Position numbers and translations under genes: made by a program. A stretch of 32,000 bases of DNA, from positions 79,584 to 111,583 of the forward strand of contig JACQVQ010000012.1 of assembly GCA_016209685.1 (NCBI GenBank). The letters are read 5' to 3'. Numbering within the stretch: the first letter of the stretch is position 1; each line of letters begins with the position of its first letter. This DNA comes from Planctomycetota bacterium. GTDB lineage: Bacteria > Planctomycetota > Brocadiia > Brocadiales > Bathyanammoxibiaceae. The notes beneath the pieces are model-generated. The model saw nothing but the letters and a program-made list of their open reading frames with translations. It did not search any database and was not told the origin of the DNA. Shown one piece after another: positions 31,083-32,000 of the stretch.

Positions 31083-31942
31083 ATTTTCAGGGATATATCC
31101 AGTGCCTTTGCAGAGTGGGTGAGGGCGCCCACAGAAATCCTGTCCACCCCAGTCCTGGCAATGGCCTCTACGTTCTCCAGGGTAACCCCTCCGGATACCT
31201 CCACCATCGGGGGATGGAGGGGGTGGGTCTGGCGGATGCTTTTTGCGGCCTTTGCTATCTCTTCCACAGTCATATTGTCCAGGAGTATGATGTCTGGTTT
31301 TGCGGCAATGGCCTCCTCCAGTTCCTCCGGGGTCTTCACCTCTACCTCTATCAACATCCACTGGGGGGCCTTCTCCCTGGCCAGTCGTACGCCTTTAGCC
31401 AGTGCCTTTCCAGCCTCCAGGGCCATAAGGTGATTATCCTTGATGAGTACCTGGTCATAAAGCCCCATCCGGTGGTTCAGCCCCCCGCCCACCCTTACGG
31501 CGTATTTTTCCAGACTCCTCCACCCCGGGACCGTCTTGCGGGTGTCGTAGATTTTGGCATGATAATCCTTAATCTTCTCTACAAACAGGGCGGTGAGGGT
31601 GGCTATCCCTGAGAGCCTCTGGATAAAGTTGAGGGCCACACGTTCTCCAGCCAGGATGCCCCTGGCAGGGCCAGAGACCTCCGCCAGGACTCTACCTGGC
31701 AACACCCTAGCGCCCTCTTCCACGTTAGGGCTGAAAGAGACCTTCTTGTTGATTTGCTGATAGACCCTGCTGGCCACGGGAAGTCCAGCCACAACCCCAG
31801 TCTCTTTGGCCATCACCTCTCCCCTGGCGGTCTGCCACTCCGGGACGAGGACATCGGTGGTAACATCACCACCGCCGATGTCCTCCCTTATGGCCATCTC
31901 TATGAGCTGGTCTATCTCTTTCAGGTCAAGTGGTTCCAACAT
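31079..31942 (-). CDS. nadC: Nicotinate-nucleotide pyrophosphorylase (quinolinate phosphoribosyltransferase)
   Basis: 287 aa. ..DIGGGDVTT.. N-terminus, ..TRKT.PG.R.LEKYAV..GGG.NHR.GL.D..LIKDNH.. core, typical of NadC. Confidence 0.92.
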   Translation of the reverse strand: MLEPLDLKEIDQLIEMAIREDIGGGDVTTDVLVPEWQTARGEVMAKETGVVAGLPVASRVYQQINKKVSFSPNVEEGARVLPGRVLAEVSGPARGILAGERVALNFIQRLSGIATLTALFVEKIKDYHAKIYDTRKTVPGWRSLEKYAVRVGGGLNHRMGLYDQVLIKDNHLMALEAGKALAKGVRLAREKAPQWMLIEVEVKTPEELEEAIAAKPDIILLDNMTVEEIAKAAKSIRQTHPLHPPMVEVSGGVTLENVEAIARTGVDRISVGALTHSAKALDISLKM

Positions 31943-31966
31943 GCAATCGCCATCCTTACAAAAGAA

Positions 31967-32000
31967 GGTAACAGATTTCTACCTGTTACCTGTTACCTGT
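31967..32000. repeat. Heptamer array J (truncated by the window edge)
   Basis: ggtaacag-atttcta-CCTGTTA CCTGTTA CCTGT..., upstream of nadC. Confidence 0.7.

Noticed and set aside
28554-31612. Antisense or alternative-frame ORFs in glyA, gpsA and nadC (28554-29066, 29085-29624, 30316-30885, 31005-31361, 31073-31612)
   Set aside because: They overlap strongly supported housekeeping genes and have Arg/Pro/Gly-rich shadow-frame composition.

Overview
Bacterial chromosomal window, about 50% GC from hand counts. Proteins are rich in Glu/Lys and use AGG/AGA Arg codons, which suggests a thermophilic anaerobe, but I cannot place the taxon. All family calls come from reading motifs in the supplied translations; no searches were run. 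Housekeeping genes: tRNA-Val(GAC)-thrS-infC-rpmI-rplT, galU, prfB (with the classical +1 frameshift site), glyA, gpsA, nadC. Accessory content: a stand-alone feoB with a Fur-box-like site; three tandem paralogous lipoproteins built from shuffled modules; a secreted mono-haem DUF3365 protein divergent from a DUF1858-TehA/SLAC1 fusion plus a NarK-like porter; hicAB; and a MATE exporter. A tight minus-strand lipid/polyketide-like operon reads acpS, class-B radical SAM, an active KS plus a triad-dead KS partner, a FadH-like reductase, fabG and a muconolactone-isomerase-like protein. An AT-rich islet between galU and prfB carries a TPR-HEPN (R-x4-H) protein and hepT-mntA. The most unusual signal is non-coding. 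At least eleven intergenic spacers are built from phased 7-nt 'words' arranged as two complementary arms. Three of these arrays fill the gap from a stop codon to the next start codon exactly (91, 112 and 77 nt). A second, modular family of GTAG-headed REP-like palindromes is also present. One copy supplies the TAG stop codons of two convergent genes, and the family's core motif replaces the anticodon arm of a tRNA pseudogene.
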